From positions 434,001 to 498,000 of the forward strand of contig JAKMXF010000044.1 of the NCBI GenBank assembly GCA_024704765.1: a DNA stretch of 64,000 nucleotides, read 5' to 3'. The notes beneath the pieces were generated by a model. It searched no databases, had not been told where the DNA came from, and saw nothing but the letters and a program-made list of their open reading frames with translations. The first letter of the stretch is position 1; each line of letters opens with the position of its first letter. This document shows positions 38,660 through 49,200 of the stretch, piece by piece. Position numbers and translations under genes: made by a program. Source of the stretch: Oopsacas minuta. Lineage: Eukaryota; Animalia; Porifera.

Positions 38660-39667
38660 ATGAAGAAGTCAAAATCAAAAGCTAAACCTCGAGGAGGAAA
38701 TAAGACTAAAAACTTCTTTCCTGTAAAGACTACTAATATCAAGACTGGAGCTGACCAGGATCTCCAGCTAGCTCTAGCACTGTCTATTTCAGTGCTACCC
38801 AAGGAGTCTCAAGAGCAAGAGGATAAGTGTTCTGCCCAGAGACAGGAAGTTGAAGTTCATGAGCTGAAATCAAAAAGAAAACGAGTAGTCCTCGACAAGA
38901 TGGAAGTACCGACGCTTCTTGTTACAACTGAAAATGATTATAAAGCTTCAGTTATGCGTAGAGCGCATAATGTCTTGGATGTTTCTTCTAGCGAAGTATG
39001 CAGTGAAAATTTTTCTAGCGCTATTCCTGCAAATCATTCTTTTTGGAGTTTAGCCTCTCTTTCAAGAATTACAGATAGTGAAGACTTTCTAATTAACAAA
39101 TTTAAACAGGTTGACATAGCCGCCACGCCTGTTACAAATTCAGAATTGAAACCTGAACCATTCAATCTCATTTACAAAACAGAGCCATCTATTTTCTCAT
39201 CAAACTTCTCAAAATTCCTTTTCAACCCATTTCTCAGTGATACTATTATAATCACTAAAGATTCTTACAAAATTCCATCTCACTTATTCATATTAGCAGC
39301 AAACTCTTCTCTAATTAGAGAATTAATTTCAGAGCGTTACAATATGAAAAGAATAACAATGCAAGGACATGAAATTCATGCTGTAATACCCCTCTTAGAA
39401 TTTATGTATTTGGGGAAGTTTGAATTTGAGAGTAGTTATCTGGAGTCAATTAAGAAACTAGCATGTGTTTTACAAATGGATATTTTTTTCGAATGTTTAG
39501 CTGAACATGAAAGAATATCCAATCCAGCCAAAGAGAACTGTACCAATTTCGTAGAGGTAGAGAATGAAATTATTAATATTTGTAGCCAAGATATGCAAAC
39601 TATCAAATCACCTAAGAATTCAATTCCGAATTTGTTTTTGAAAGCGAAAAAAGAAGTACAACTGTAA
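38660..39667 (+). CDS. SLX4: SLX4-like protein (MLR region + BTB), lacking UBZ, SAP and SLX1-binding domains
   Basis: DLQLALALSIS, PTLLV, FWSLASL (MLR-like) followed by NFSKFLFNPFLSD.II.TKD...IPSHLFIL (SLX4-type BTB start). First ATG at 38660; ORF stops at 39667. Confidence 0.7.
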   Translation: MKKSKSKAKPRGGNKTKNFFPVKTTNIKTGADQDLQLALALSISVLPKESQEQEDKCSAQRQEVEVHELKSKRKRVVLDKMEVPTLLVTTENDYKASVMRRAHNVLDVSSSEVCSENFSSAIPANHSFWSLASLSRITDSEDFLINKFKQVDIAATPVTNSELKPEPFNLIYKTEPSIFSSNFSKFLFNPFLSDTIIITKDSYKIPSHLFILAANSSLIRELISERYNMKRITMQGHEIHAVIPLLEFMYLGKFEFESSYLESIKKLACVLQMDIFFECLAEHERISNPAKENCTNFVEVENEIINICSQDMQTIKSPKNSIPNLFLKAKKEVQL

Positions 39668-40378
39668 TGCAATTTAAAAAACTTGTTCAATCTTTAAATT
39701 GATTTAATTCTGCGATTAATTACGTCACTATTAATTTGTTTTAATTAAAAACTAAGTATTTACATTATTCTATTTGACTCTAATATCGAATGTCGGAAAT
39801 TCTTCCTTGAATATTACTCGTGGAAACATCCAATCCGGTATAAACAAGAATACAGGGTAAACCCCCATTCCAACTACCCATGAGTGCCTGAGAATTTCTT
39901 AGAACAACATCCAAACAGATATAGCCATTTATCCGGGGTAAATCCCACTTAAGCCGAGCCAGGACTGCCCAAAAAGACCTAGGTTAACCAATAATTTTCC
40001 AAGCGACGAATTTACCGATTACGCTAAATATTATTATATGAGATGGCTCTAAATCACTTTTTGCGAGAAAGTATTACCCTTCCACGAGCCATAGCATAGA
40101 AATTCACCGGCATCATGCTTCTTACTGCGAAAGTAACAATCTCCAATTTTAAAGGTATTTCGACTTATTTTACCTCATTTGACCTTATCAGTCGTCGAAG
40201 CATATTTGTTGAACAATAACAAAGTATTATTTTTTCCATATTTGGAGAAAGTAACTAACCAGAAAGTAAATACGTGTAATATGTCAATGCATATAAATAA
40301 GTAATTTAACATAACAATTTAGTTATGACATTTTGTATGAATTATAATCCAAGGGGTTAGCTAGCTAAAATAGAAAAG

Positions 40379-41395
40379 ATGTCACATCTAAAAACAAAGA
40401 AATTCTATGTTTGTTCATGTTTCTTTTACAAGAATATATTCCTCAAGGACTACGCGCTTCACGTTGAATATGAAGGTGATGATAAGTTTATAGCTCAATA
40501 CGAATCTGTATTCACACAGAAATATTCTGTAAACTTAGAAAAATTGAAACAAGAAATAATACCATTCGTGAGAGCTGAGATAGACAAGCGTAGAGATAGA
40601 GGAAAGCTATGTTTAGAACGTTGTATGTATATAGAACAGAATTACAAGCCATTACATACACAGGTGTACACGCTTGATCCTAGATTCTTGGAACCAGCAT
40701 TCATACAGATTGTTAACTATTGCAAATCAGCTGGATCTACTAAAGAAGGTCTGCTATCACTAATCAAGAAAGAAGCACCAGGAAGAAGCTATTCATTTCC
40801 GGTATTTACAAATGAATTCTGTAAACTGTTGGTTGAAGAATTAGAATACTTTGAGGCATCTCCAATGCCAAAGGACCGTCCAAACACTATGAACAACTTT
40901 GGCTTGCTGTTAAGCGAGGTTGGATTTGATCTGAGATTTATGGACCCCTGGAGGATAGAGTACCTCGTACCTATCTCGCGACTACTCTACCCAGACTGTT
41001 GCGGGGGCTCTCTGGACTCTCATAGAGTATTCATAGTTAGATACAAACTAGGTGAAGACCTAGACCTAGCTACACACTTTGATAATGCTGAAGTTACAAT
41101 CAACGTATCAATTGGAGACGTTTTCGAGGGTGGAGATTTGTATTTCGGACGAATGAGTCAAGATGGTACAGCTGGTCTCCCTAAAGACTACAAATGGTAC
41201 AAACACATCAATGGTACTGGATTGGTGCATAGGGGTCTGCAGTTCCACGGAGCAGCTCCCATCACAAGTGGAACGCGCTATAATCTCATCATGTGGATGC
41301 GTTCCTCTCAGCTGCGCAATAAACTGTGTCCTATGTGTAACTCAGCTCCACAGCTGGAAGAAAGTATAGGCTATGGAGATGGATTCATGTTATAG
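40379..41395 (+). CDS. OGFOD2: 2-oxoglutarate and iron-dependent oxygenase domain-containing protein 2, intronless
   Basis: CSCF...N, PVFT.EFC..L.EELE.FE.S.MPK.RPNTMNN.G, LDSHR.F.V.Y, HFDNAEVT.NV, HRG.Q.HGA, RYNL..W.RSS..RN.LCPMC, G.GDGF. Confidence 0.95.
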   Translation: MSHLKTKKFYVCSCFFYKNIFLKDYALHVEYEGDDKFIAQYESVFTQKYSVNLEKLKQEIIPFVRAEIDKRRDRGKLCLERCMYIEQNYKPLHTQVYTLDPRFLEPAFIQIVNYCKSAGSTKEGLLSLIKKEAPGRSYSFPVFTNEFCKLLVEELEYFEASPMPKDRPNTMNNFGLLLSEVGFDLRFMDPWRIEYLVPISRLLYPDCCGGSLDSHRVFIVRYKLGEDLDLATHFDNAEVTINVSIGDVFEGGDLYFGRMSQDGTAGLPKDYKWYKHINGTGLVHRGLQFHGAAPITSGTRYNLIMWMRSSQLRNKLCPMCNSAPQLEESIGYGDGFML

Positions 41396-41572
41396 GTTAT
41401 ATTTATTTTATTAACACACTGTAAATAGAGTGGCTAGTGCATGAGAGGGGGCTAGGAATTCCGCCAATATCTAATGCATATAGTATTTAATCTCAGCCAT
41501 TATTAGAAAGCATGCAGAAGTAGAGAATGTTTATTTGCTGTTACATAGATAGTACATACTTTTTTTTATGTA

Positions 41573-41852
41573 TCTCGTGAAAATTAATACTGAAAATATT
41601 ACCCGTTTCGATCCAATTGAACACTTTCAAAGTTTAAACTGTCAACTGGAATATTCGATCCACGGAAATCGGTCGAATGGAAAATTCGACAACCATGGTC
41701 CATGGGGTAGCTAAGAAGGTTTCCCATTGTAACCTCTAGTGGGCTTGAAGTTTTTACTGACATATTCAAATAAGTTTTTCGAGTTTTGATCAATGAAAAC
41801 AATTACTGAGCTTCGATGTTAAGTTTCAAACGAAGCGAACGAAGCGCGCTAG
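41573..41852 (+). mobile_element. Possible non-autonomous Helitron-like element
   Basis: Begins A|TC, ends gcgaacgaagcgcgCTAG|T, with a gcttcg/cgaagc inverted pair near the 3' end; no TIR or TSD. Confidence 0.35.
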
Positions 41853-42055
41853 TATTAATAATTCCAAGTAGATCCGATGATATAATCTTTGTATTAGGGT
41901 CTATAAACATTTTTCGTGACCGGGTGTTTTCTGTCCGGTTATATGGTGTCCGTGATATAGTACAGGGGTTTTAACCTTTTATGTTTAATAGTTCTACAAT
42001 CTCGTAATCACATAATATAAAATTAAAAATATCTTGATTTATCCATGGTATACAC

Positions 42056-43069
42056 TTACTTGATAATCCTTTTGAGTATACTAAAGTATGTACTCACTAC
42101 TCTAGGCAGCTCACCGACCATACTTGTTGTAGTGAGAGAAGCTCCATACTTTCTCCCCGCATCTCTAGCCACCATTCTAGTTAGAATAGACCCCCCTATA
42201 CCAGCCATCACAGGTGCAACACCTGCTTCACAAACACCTGCACTCTCCCTGGCTGTATACCAGCTAAGAAATGCACCACATACACCTGCTAGAATATCTC
42301 CCTGTCCTCCACAACGTTTAATACTACCAGGAGTTTCAATTATAGCAGTGTGCTTTCCATTTGTAATTATATCAACAGGTCCCTTGCATAAAATAGTCAC
42401 ATTACCTAAGCTATTAGCAGCTTGTTCTATACTCTTCACAAGATCAGCTTCAAGAGTTAGCTCTTCGCCAGTAGCTGACTTGTATAAATACTTAAATTCG
42501 CGTCTATTCGGAGTTAAAAGGGTTGGTGAATAGTTTCGTATCAAATCTGGATATTTGCATAGTAAAAACAACCCGTCCGCATCAATTAATAGAGCCTTTT
42601 TTCTATCCCGGAAAGAGGAAATAAGAACTTTAACTTCATCCAATCTTTCCTGAGTTCTTCCTAGTCCAGGTCCAACTACGATAGATGTCAGCCTGTCAAC
42701 CCACTTGTCAAACTCACTAATACTATCAGGAGTACCCAATAGTGGGTGTACGATGAGATCTGGGTTGTAACTCTTGATCACAGGTGCAGCAGCTGGCACA
42801 CAGAATATGTGCGAGAGATCTGCTCCTGCTTTGAGTGCACTGACTCCAGTGAAGTAAGGTGCACCCGTGTAATCCTCTGATCCTCCAACTACTCCAACCA
42901 ACCCCGAGTCTCCTTTATGTTGGGGATTAAATTGCGTAGCTGTCTGCAGTCCGTATAATGATCCATAAGGAGAATGTGTTAGCAAGTCTCCTGAGTGCAG
43001 TAGATCCAGGCAGTATTTGTTCACACTTCCTACCAGCTCATCTTCTTCACTCCCAATTAAACAAGCCAT
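42056..43069 (-). CDS. NAXD: ATP-dependent (S)-NAD(P)H-hydrate dehydratase (CARKD), intronless
   Basis: HKGDSG.VGVVGGSEDYTGAPYF, GADLSH.FC...AAPVIKSY.PDLIVHP, VVGPGLGR, IDADGL, LTPN.REF, KGPVD, GS.KRCGGQGDILAG. Confidence 0.96.
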   Translation of the reverse strand: MACLIGSEEDELVGSVNKYCLDLLHSGDLLTHSPYGSLYGLQTATQFNPQHKGDSGLVGVVGGSEDYTGAPYFTGVSALKAGADLSHIFCVPAAAPVIKSYNPDLIVHPLLGTPDSISEFDKWVDRLTSIVVGPGLGRTQERLDEVKVLISSFRDRKKALLIDADGLFLLCKYPDLIRNYSPTLLTPNRREFKYLYKSATGEELTLEADLVKSIEQAANSLGNVTILCKGPVDIITNGKHTAIIETPGSIKRCGGQGDILAGVCGAFLSWYTARESAGVCEAGVAPVMAGIGGSILTRMVARDAGRKYGASLTTTSMVGELPRVVSTYFSILKRIIK

Positions 43070-44495
43070 TACTATTTAATTACTAATATTTCCTGGAATA
43101 TGTCCCCAGAGCTAGAAAATGATCCAGGACTTGGGAATAAAATTTATCGCTACCCTTATTTAGAGCAATACAGTATTGTTCTGAATAAGGAAACAGGCTA
43201 ATATTGGAGCCAGTCATGTGAATAATCTGGCCCAGCCTGCTAGCTAGCTAGCACTACTCGATACTCGGAGCAAAAGCAGGTGCACATAGACCAGTACATA
43301 TAGGGGTAGCATACCTTGTAGAGGTGTACATATGTAGTATAAGCTGAATTTAAAGTTATGCTTAAACCGTTAATTAAGTACATTATTAAAAGTTCAAACA
43401 AGTGAACGCCGACGATGAGTTGGCGCAACATCCAGCAAACTCTAATACCAACACTATTTTAGAAGTGGAGGGTTCCTAATAAATAATATACTTCTGTATT
43501 AAAATATAAATGAATGAAATTTTGATTCCCATTGGATTTCTCACGTGAGAAAACCCATGGGATTTCCATGACCCATCGTAAGGAAATCATTTCCCATTCT
43601 CAATCCCATCCCATTCCTATTCCCAGGGTTCTAAGAAGTGAGTGGAAAAATTAATTATTTTCTATGAAAACAAAAAATAAGGCATATGGCAAGTAAAAAT
43701 TAAAGGCTGTAAAACCCTGCCTATTCCAAATTCTATGGGAATTCCCATTCCCACGGCAACCCTGGTTCTCTGGCGTTGGCAATACATTAGTGCTGCTGAG
43801 CCCTCCTATTTAGGCGAGCTTCCTACTGCCTTGGTTATAATATCAACAGGCACAAGTCAGTGTAATGGTTAATCCTAATATTGAGTCAAAAGATTAGCGT
43901 GAAAAGGGGTAAACAGAAATAATTATAATCCAAGCCATAACAAAGATTAAGGTTGCATCCCTTCGCTACATTATAAGTTTCATATTATATTAGATAGTAC
44001 ATGTGTTTCATCCATATTAACAAACTAAATAGCTAGTCTCTTAGGTTTACAAGGCCTACCTGCCCTTTTCTTCATCGCTTCCGCCTGTAACCATTTGTTT
44101 TAGCAATCTGACATATACGGCAGTTACAAATATCAGAAGAATTAAACTGAGTCCTCACTTTATGTTCCAATGATGTCGGTTGATGATTGATTTATACAAA
44201 ATGGGTAGTTAGTAGAGTATATTTATGTATGTATAATGGAATTCGCCAACTGTGACAGTTGGTAATTATTATGTCAGAATTGGAAAAAGGAGCAAAGGTC
44301 ACTTTGCCTATCGTGAGACATTGGGACAGGGTCCTCCCTTCTAACTCTATTGAGAATCGGAAGATTCGGTGTAAAGTACAAGTACTGTATCAGTATCATT
44401 ATATAAACATCGTAATCTGACATTATAATATAACTTAACATAATCAATAAGTATTGAATAATTTCCTAGCTGATTACACTGGTGGTCGTGGTTAA

Positions 44496-44816
44496 TTAAT
44501 TAGAAAGTAGCTGTACTATGCTCTCTATAACTTGATCTTTGTTCTGACTATCAAGCGAGGTTGACCTCTCAACTCCCTTGCCAAATCTGGCGTATACTCT
44601 AGCAGAGGTACCTTGACACTCTCTTATTAGAATAGGTAAGGTCGGGTTACTTAATTTCAGCTCTATGTAACATCCTTTTACAAACTTCCTAGCCCCCTCG
44701 CTCTGAGGAGAAGTCTGGCACATGTGTACTCGAAGTTCTCGTGCATTCTTTAGAGCCAGCTGAATAGCCTGTATTCCTTTAGGCATTACGGAGGCTATTA
44801 CCTTAGTATGTAACAA
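44496..44816 (-). CDS. NDUFA2: NADH:ubiquinone oxidoreductase subunit A2 (B8), intronless
   Basis: RELRVHMCQTSPQSEGARKFV...Y.ELK..NP.LPILIREC.G...RVYARF.KG.E; the start may be the ATG at 44786. Confidence 0.93.
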   Translation of the reverse strand: MLHTKVIASVMPKGIQAIQLALKNARELRVHMCQTSPQSEGARKFVKGCYIELKLSNPTLPILIRECQGTSARVYARFGKGVERSTSLDSQNKDQVIESIVQLLSN

Positions 44817-45585
44817 GGGACGTTATAACTAAACTGAATTGTTGTAAGGTGTGGGGCCAAATCCAAAAGGAATTAGTTTGGAAGATCCATACCCTGATAT
44901 GGATTCATAATATAGTTTTCAATTGCTTTACAGACAAATTATAAAGCAAATATGGCCGCTAATTTGAATCTCGAATATTTAATGGACTAACTATAGACTA
45001 CTTTATCAATGAGACTAACAAATAAGGAATCCGCTAACTCGAATCCTGTGGGGAAATTCAAAGATGCAAATCTGTTCGAGATAGAGAATCTTCGATATAA
45101 CCGATGCCCCCATCAACTTTTAAAGTATGTATTGTAGATACACCATATAAGAACACTGTCGGGACCGAGAAAATATTTTCCTATATATATGGTGTATATT
45201 CTTATATAGTGTATCCAGGGTTCACCCCGGTTCTCAGGGCCATTCGCCTAAAAATGGATTATATTATAATTCATTTCACACGCCTAGACTATACATTTTG
45301 TATTACGATATAGGAGTTTCTGCCCCTAGAGAGAAATTTTTCAAACGCCTAGAGATATATTTGCCCAAATTGTATTAGAGTATTTTTGGGACCAATAATA
45401 GTATTTACCGTAAACATTGGATTTAATGACACTCATTTGGGAGGCTAAAAAGGTCGTTATATCCGATTTGTCGCTAAACCCGATGTAATATTATATCTGC
45501 TGCGGATTTCTGGGCAAGCAAAATGAGTCGTTAAATCCAATGTTTATTGTATATAAATATTTGTAAGATATTCCTTTATAGAATA

Positions 45586-45739
45586 CAGTGGAGTCTCCGA
45601 AAAGCAGACAAAGCTCATGGCACGGATTGAATTTGTCAAGCATGCAATTAATACTTAAGCAGTCTCTGAGGAGCGGACAATTCTCTACAACGGACAGAAG
45701 CCATGTCCCCAACGTGTCCGTTATTCGGAGACTTCACTG
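45586..45739. mobile_element. 154-bp TA-flanked MITE
   Basis: cagtggagtctccgaaaagcagaca vs reverse complement cagtgaagtctccgaataacggaca; TA flanks. Confidence 0.75.
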
Positions 45740-45879
45740 TATACTTATATGATGTATCCACTGTAAGACAGACATCTGCAGCATTTGCAATCTCGAACCG
45801 GCAGGAGAATTCAAAATGTTCGAGATAGTGGACTTTAAAATATCATTAGTATAATTATTCGTACAACTTAAGTAAACTA

Positions 45880-45975
45880 CAGTAGAATTTGATAATTACG
45901 TACTGGCTTAAGACGCACTTTTCTGTTAGGTACTTTTTGTTTCCCGAGGGGGTGAATATGATCCGAATTCTACTG
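45880..45975. mobile_element. 96-bp TA-flanked MITE
   Basis: cagtagaatt termini inverted, TA flanks; interior resembles 4340-4395 and 17540-17680 (ttaagacg.act...ccgagggg). Confidence 0.6.
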
Positions 45976-46250
45976 TATCTGTATTGTATTAAAATGAGAA
46001 AAATGAAAAATAAATTTATACATTCGTCTCTACTTACCGGATAAACGATTTAACGTCTTAATATCACCGGACATAAGTGGCTCAATTAAGAGGAGTGACT
46101 GTAGTATATTAAAGTTGATAGTTCAGTGTAAGAAAAATCGGGCGAATACGTACAACCAATAGATTCAGATAAACATAATTCCAATGTATTATTATTTCAG
46201 GAAACTTGAAAGCTCATGGATGGATTATATTTATTTGTTGATCGGATGAT

Positions 46251-49200
46251 TCATTTTATTGAGAGAGATGTGAATGCTTTGAAAGCTTTGATAACTATTT
46301 CCAATTCTTTCTTAAAATGATTAGTAAGTGTAACCTGTATTTCTTGCTCGTTAAAAGAATCTGTAGGATTCACGAAAAAATGAATAAGCTTAATCCCTTC
46401 ATTTGATCCATTCAGAGTAGAAAAGAAGCAGATTATAAAACTACTCGCAACTTCATCTCGGCTACAGATGAATAAGTAAATTGAAAAGTCATTCTTCAAG
46501 TTGCTAAACACTATTAAACCAGGAAGAGAAGGATCCTTCCTTTTTAAAAAATCTGTAAAAATCCCTCTTTTAGTCATTATAATGTTATTGAAAGGGCACA
46601 ATAATCTCGTAATTGGGTACGAATGAATGGATTGTTCAAGTTGTGTAACTTGATCAAAGCTAATTTTCACACGTCTTGTAGTTGCTCTGAGACTTGAAAT
46701 AAATGTTTTAAAAATATTTTCCTTTTTCTGTTGCAAAATTGCTAATTCAAATAAATTATCAAAGAATGCCTGACAACATACTTGAAAATCTAGTTCATCA
46801 AGAATTTTATCAGAAGTTAGAGAAGACGTTGAGTGTTCGTAGATAGGAGAGGAATTGAAGAGATTTCCTGTAAAACACTTTTTGCGAATTATAACAACAT
46901 ACACCTCACAATTTTGTGGAATCTGAGATTTATTGGTAACAGCTAAGTCGAAGATAATATATATTTCATAATCTTCTCCTAACATTTTCAATTGAGGAAA
47001 TGAATCATAAAAGTATGAGAAATTCTCACTATTTGACGATAACAGATATACCGTTAATGAGTGTGGAGAATTTCCAATATGACAAAGTCCATAAGCTAAT
47101 GTATGCTCGAGTATGAAATCAACAATCACAACTGTGTAAAAGTTTCTATAATAAACAGCTAGTTTCCTAGCTGAATTATAGCAAGGTTGATCTCCGTATT
47201 GAAGGTTAGAAATAACTGAACAAATAATGCCTTTGGGACAAAGTATTTTGGTAGGAGTATGATGTATATTTTTGTAGAGAATTGAATGTATATAACCAAG
47301 AAAGAAATCGTTCTCAAATGAGAGAATAGAAACAACAGGCAAAGCTCTATAGAGTACTGTATCGATAAATTGATCAAATATAAATTGAGATGTGAATATC
47401 TGCAAAGTGAATTGAGTGTGTTCTAAACAGAGTTTTAAGATTATGCTTGTACAATCCGTATTCTTATACAAATAGACTTCGTATAGATTTTCTATTGGAG
47501 CATTTACTAGTATCAGAATATATCCAGACAGGGTAAGTTGAGTGACGTAGCTATAGAGTAGTGTGTAGATAAGAGAGTTGCTTTTCTTCTGACGAGGAGG
47601 GAAAGTTTGCATCGTTCTAAGGGGGATTTGTGGAAAATGTGAATCTAGGTTTCTATCTCGTAGAAACTGAACAACATTAAGTTCTCCAGTTGAATAATGA
47701 ATAGAATATGAATCATTGAGGATAATTTCTATATCTTTAATTCCGAAACCGAGAGGAATCTTTGATTTGTCAAGAAGAGAAATTACATAGCTTCTCCTGA
47801 GACTGTTCAAATATTGAGTAAATAACTGATTTAGCTTTGTAGAGAAGTGGCAAAAATCGGACATCTTTGTACTAATTCTATTCAGATTAAGTTTTTCTAG
47901 AATTTCTTCAAGAGATAATGAGTGAATAGTTTGACTGAATACAGAAAGGAAAGATTCTCTTACATTCTCATCAAGAACACCCAAATCTTGGAGATTTCCA
48001 AACTCTTTCAATTTGATAAGAAATTCCCATACACAAACCTCTTGCCTTATCAGAGATAGAATAGACTTAAAGTTATCAGAAAGCCGAGTTGTTATTGCCT
48101 TAGAACAATTGTATGAACAACAAGCTGCGTTCCTAGCCACAACACTCACTATTATAAAGGATTGTCGAGGTATTACGTCATCTGGATAGTGTTGTTTGAA
48201 TGTATCAAAGAATGGCTCATCTCGAGAAACAATATCACTATAAGGATCTAGAGGATATTTGAGGATGGTAGAGTGAGTAGATATGTGGGTAACCTTTTTT
48301 GATATAATTCTCTTACTTTCTCCAGTTACATTATGACTCTGTAACCAATGAAAAGGACTGCGACACACTAGAATATACTCATCTGTATGAAAACCAGAAT
48401 CTTTAGTATCAAACAGAGAACTTATGTCAATACTGTAATAAGAGTTATTGCTTTGTGAATCTTTTTGGAACAAATCTTGCGTGAATTCAAATGAGCGACA
48501 AATTTGGTTAATATGTTTCAAGAGCAGTGAAAAAAATCGCGGAATTGTGACGGAATCAGGGAGATCACCTGTTAAATGCTTCAATGTAGACGTGTCAAAT
48601 TTGTCAGAAAGTGATGTGAAATACTTGACACCTTTCAAAAAATCTCTGTCAAGTGGATTTGAGTATTTATCTTGTATAATTGGGTTAGAATTATAATTAA
48701 TTATTAAATCAATTAGTGATACGTCTGTAGATTCTCTCGAGTCAACCTTGATGCCACTGATGGGAGGAGGCTTCGTCCTTGGTTCTCTATTCACAACTGG
48801 TGAAGGTTCCGGGCTATTTTTGATTAATGCTTGACTGAATGATTCAAACCTATACGAGTAGGGTATTCTCAGGAAATAATACTCTACCAAAAAATCATAG
48901 ACAGCAAAATTGCAATGGGTGAATAGTTTATCGCGCATTTTCTCGCAATCTGCATTACCGTGCTGCCACATCATAACGTTAATTTCATAACTACTATTAA
49001 ACATATTTGAATCACCAACATCTGATAGAACATCATCTAGAGTGGCAGGAGGAGAATGCAGTTGCAATTCAGAAGATTCTCTGAACGAGACAGGAGTACA
49101 GTTAATCTTATCAACAAGAATAACACCAATAAGAATAATACTACGGGTTTGGATAGGTCTTTCGGCAGATATGAAGAAATTCTCGCTCAACTCCAACAAG

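Noticed and set aside
43100-44450. Possible small exons or snoRNA between NAXD and NDUFA2
   Set aside because: Isolated splice-like and C/D-like words only; no consistent frame or terminal stem.
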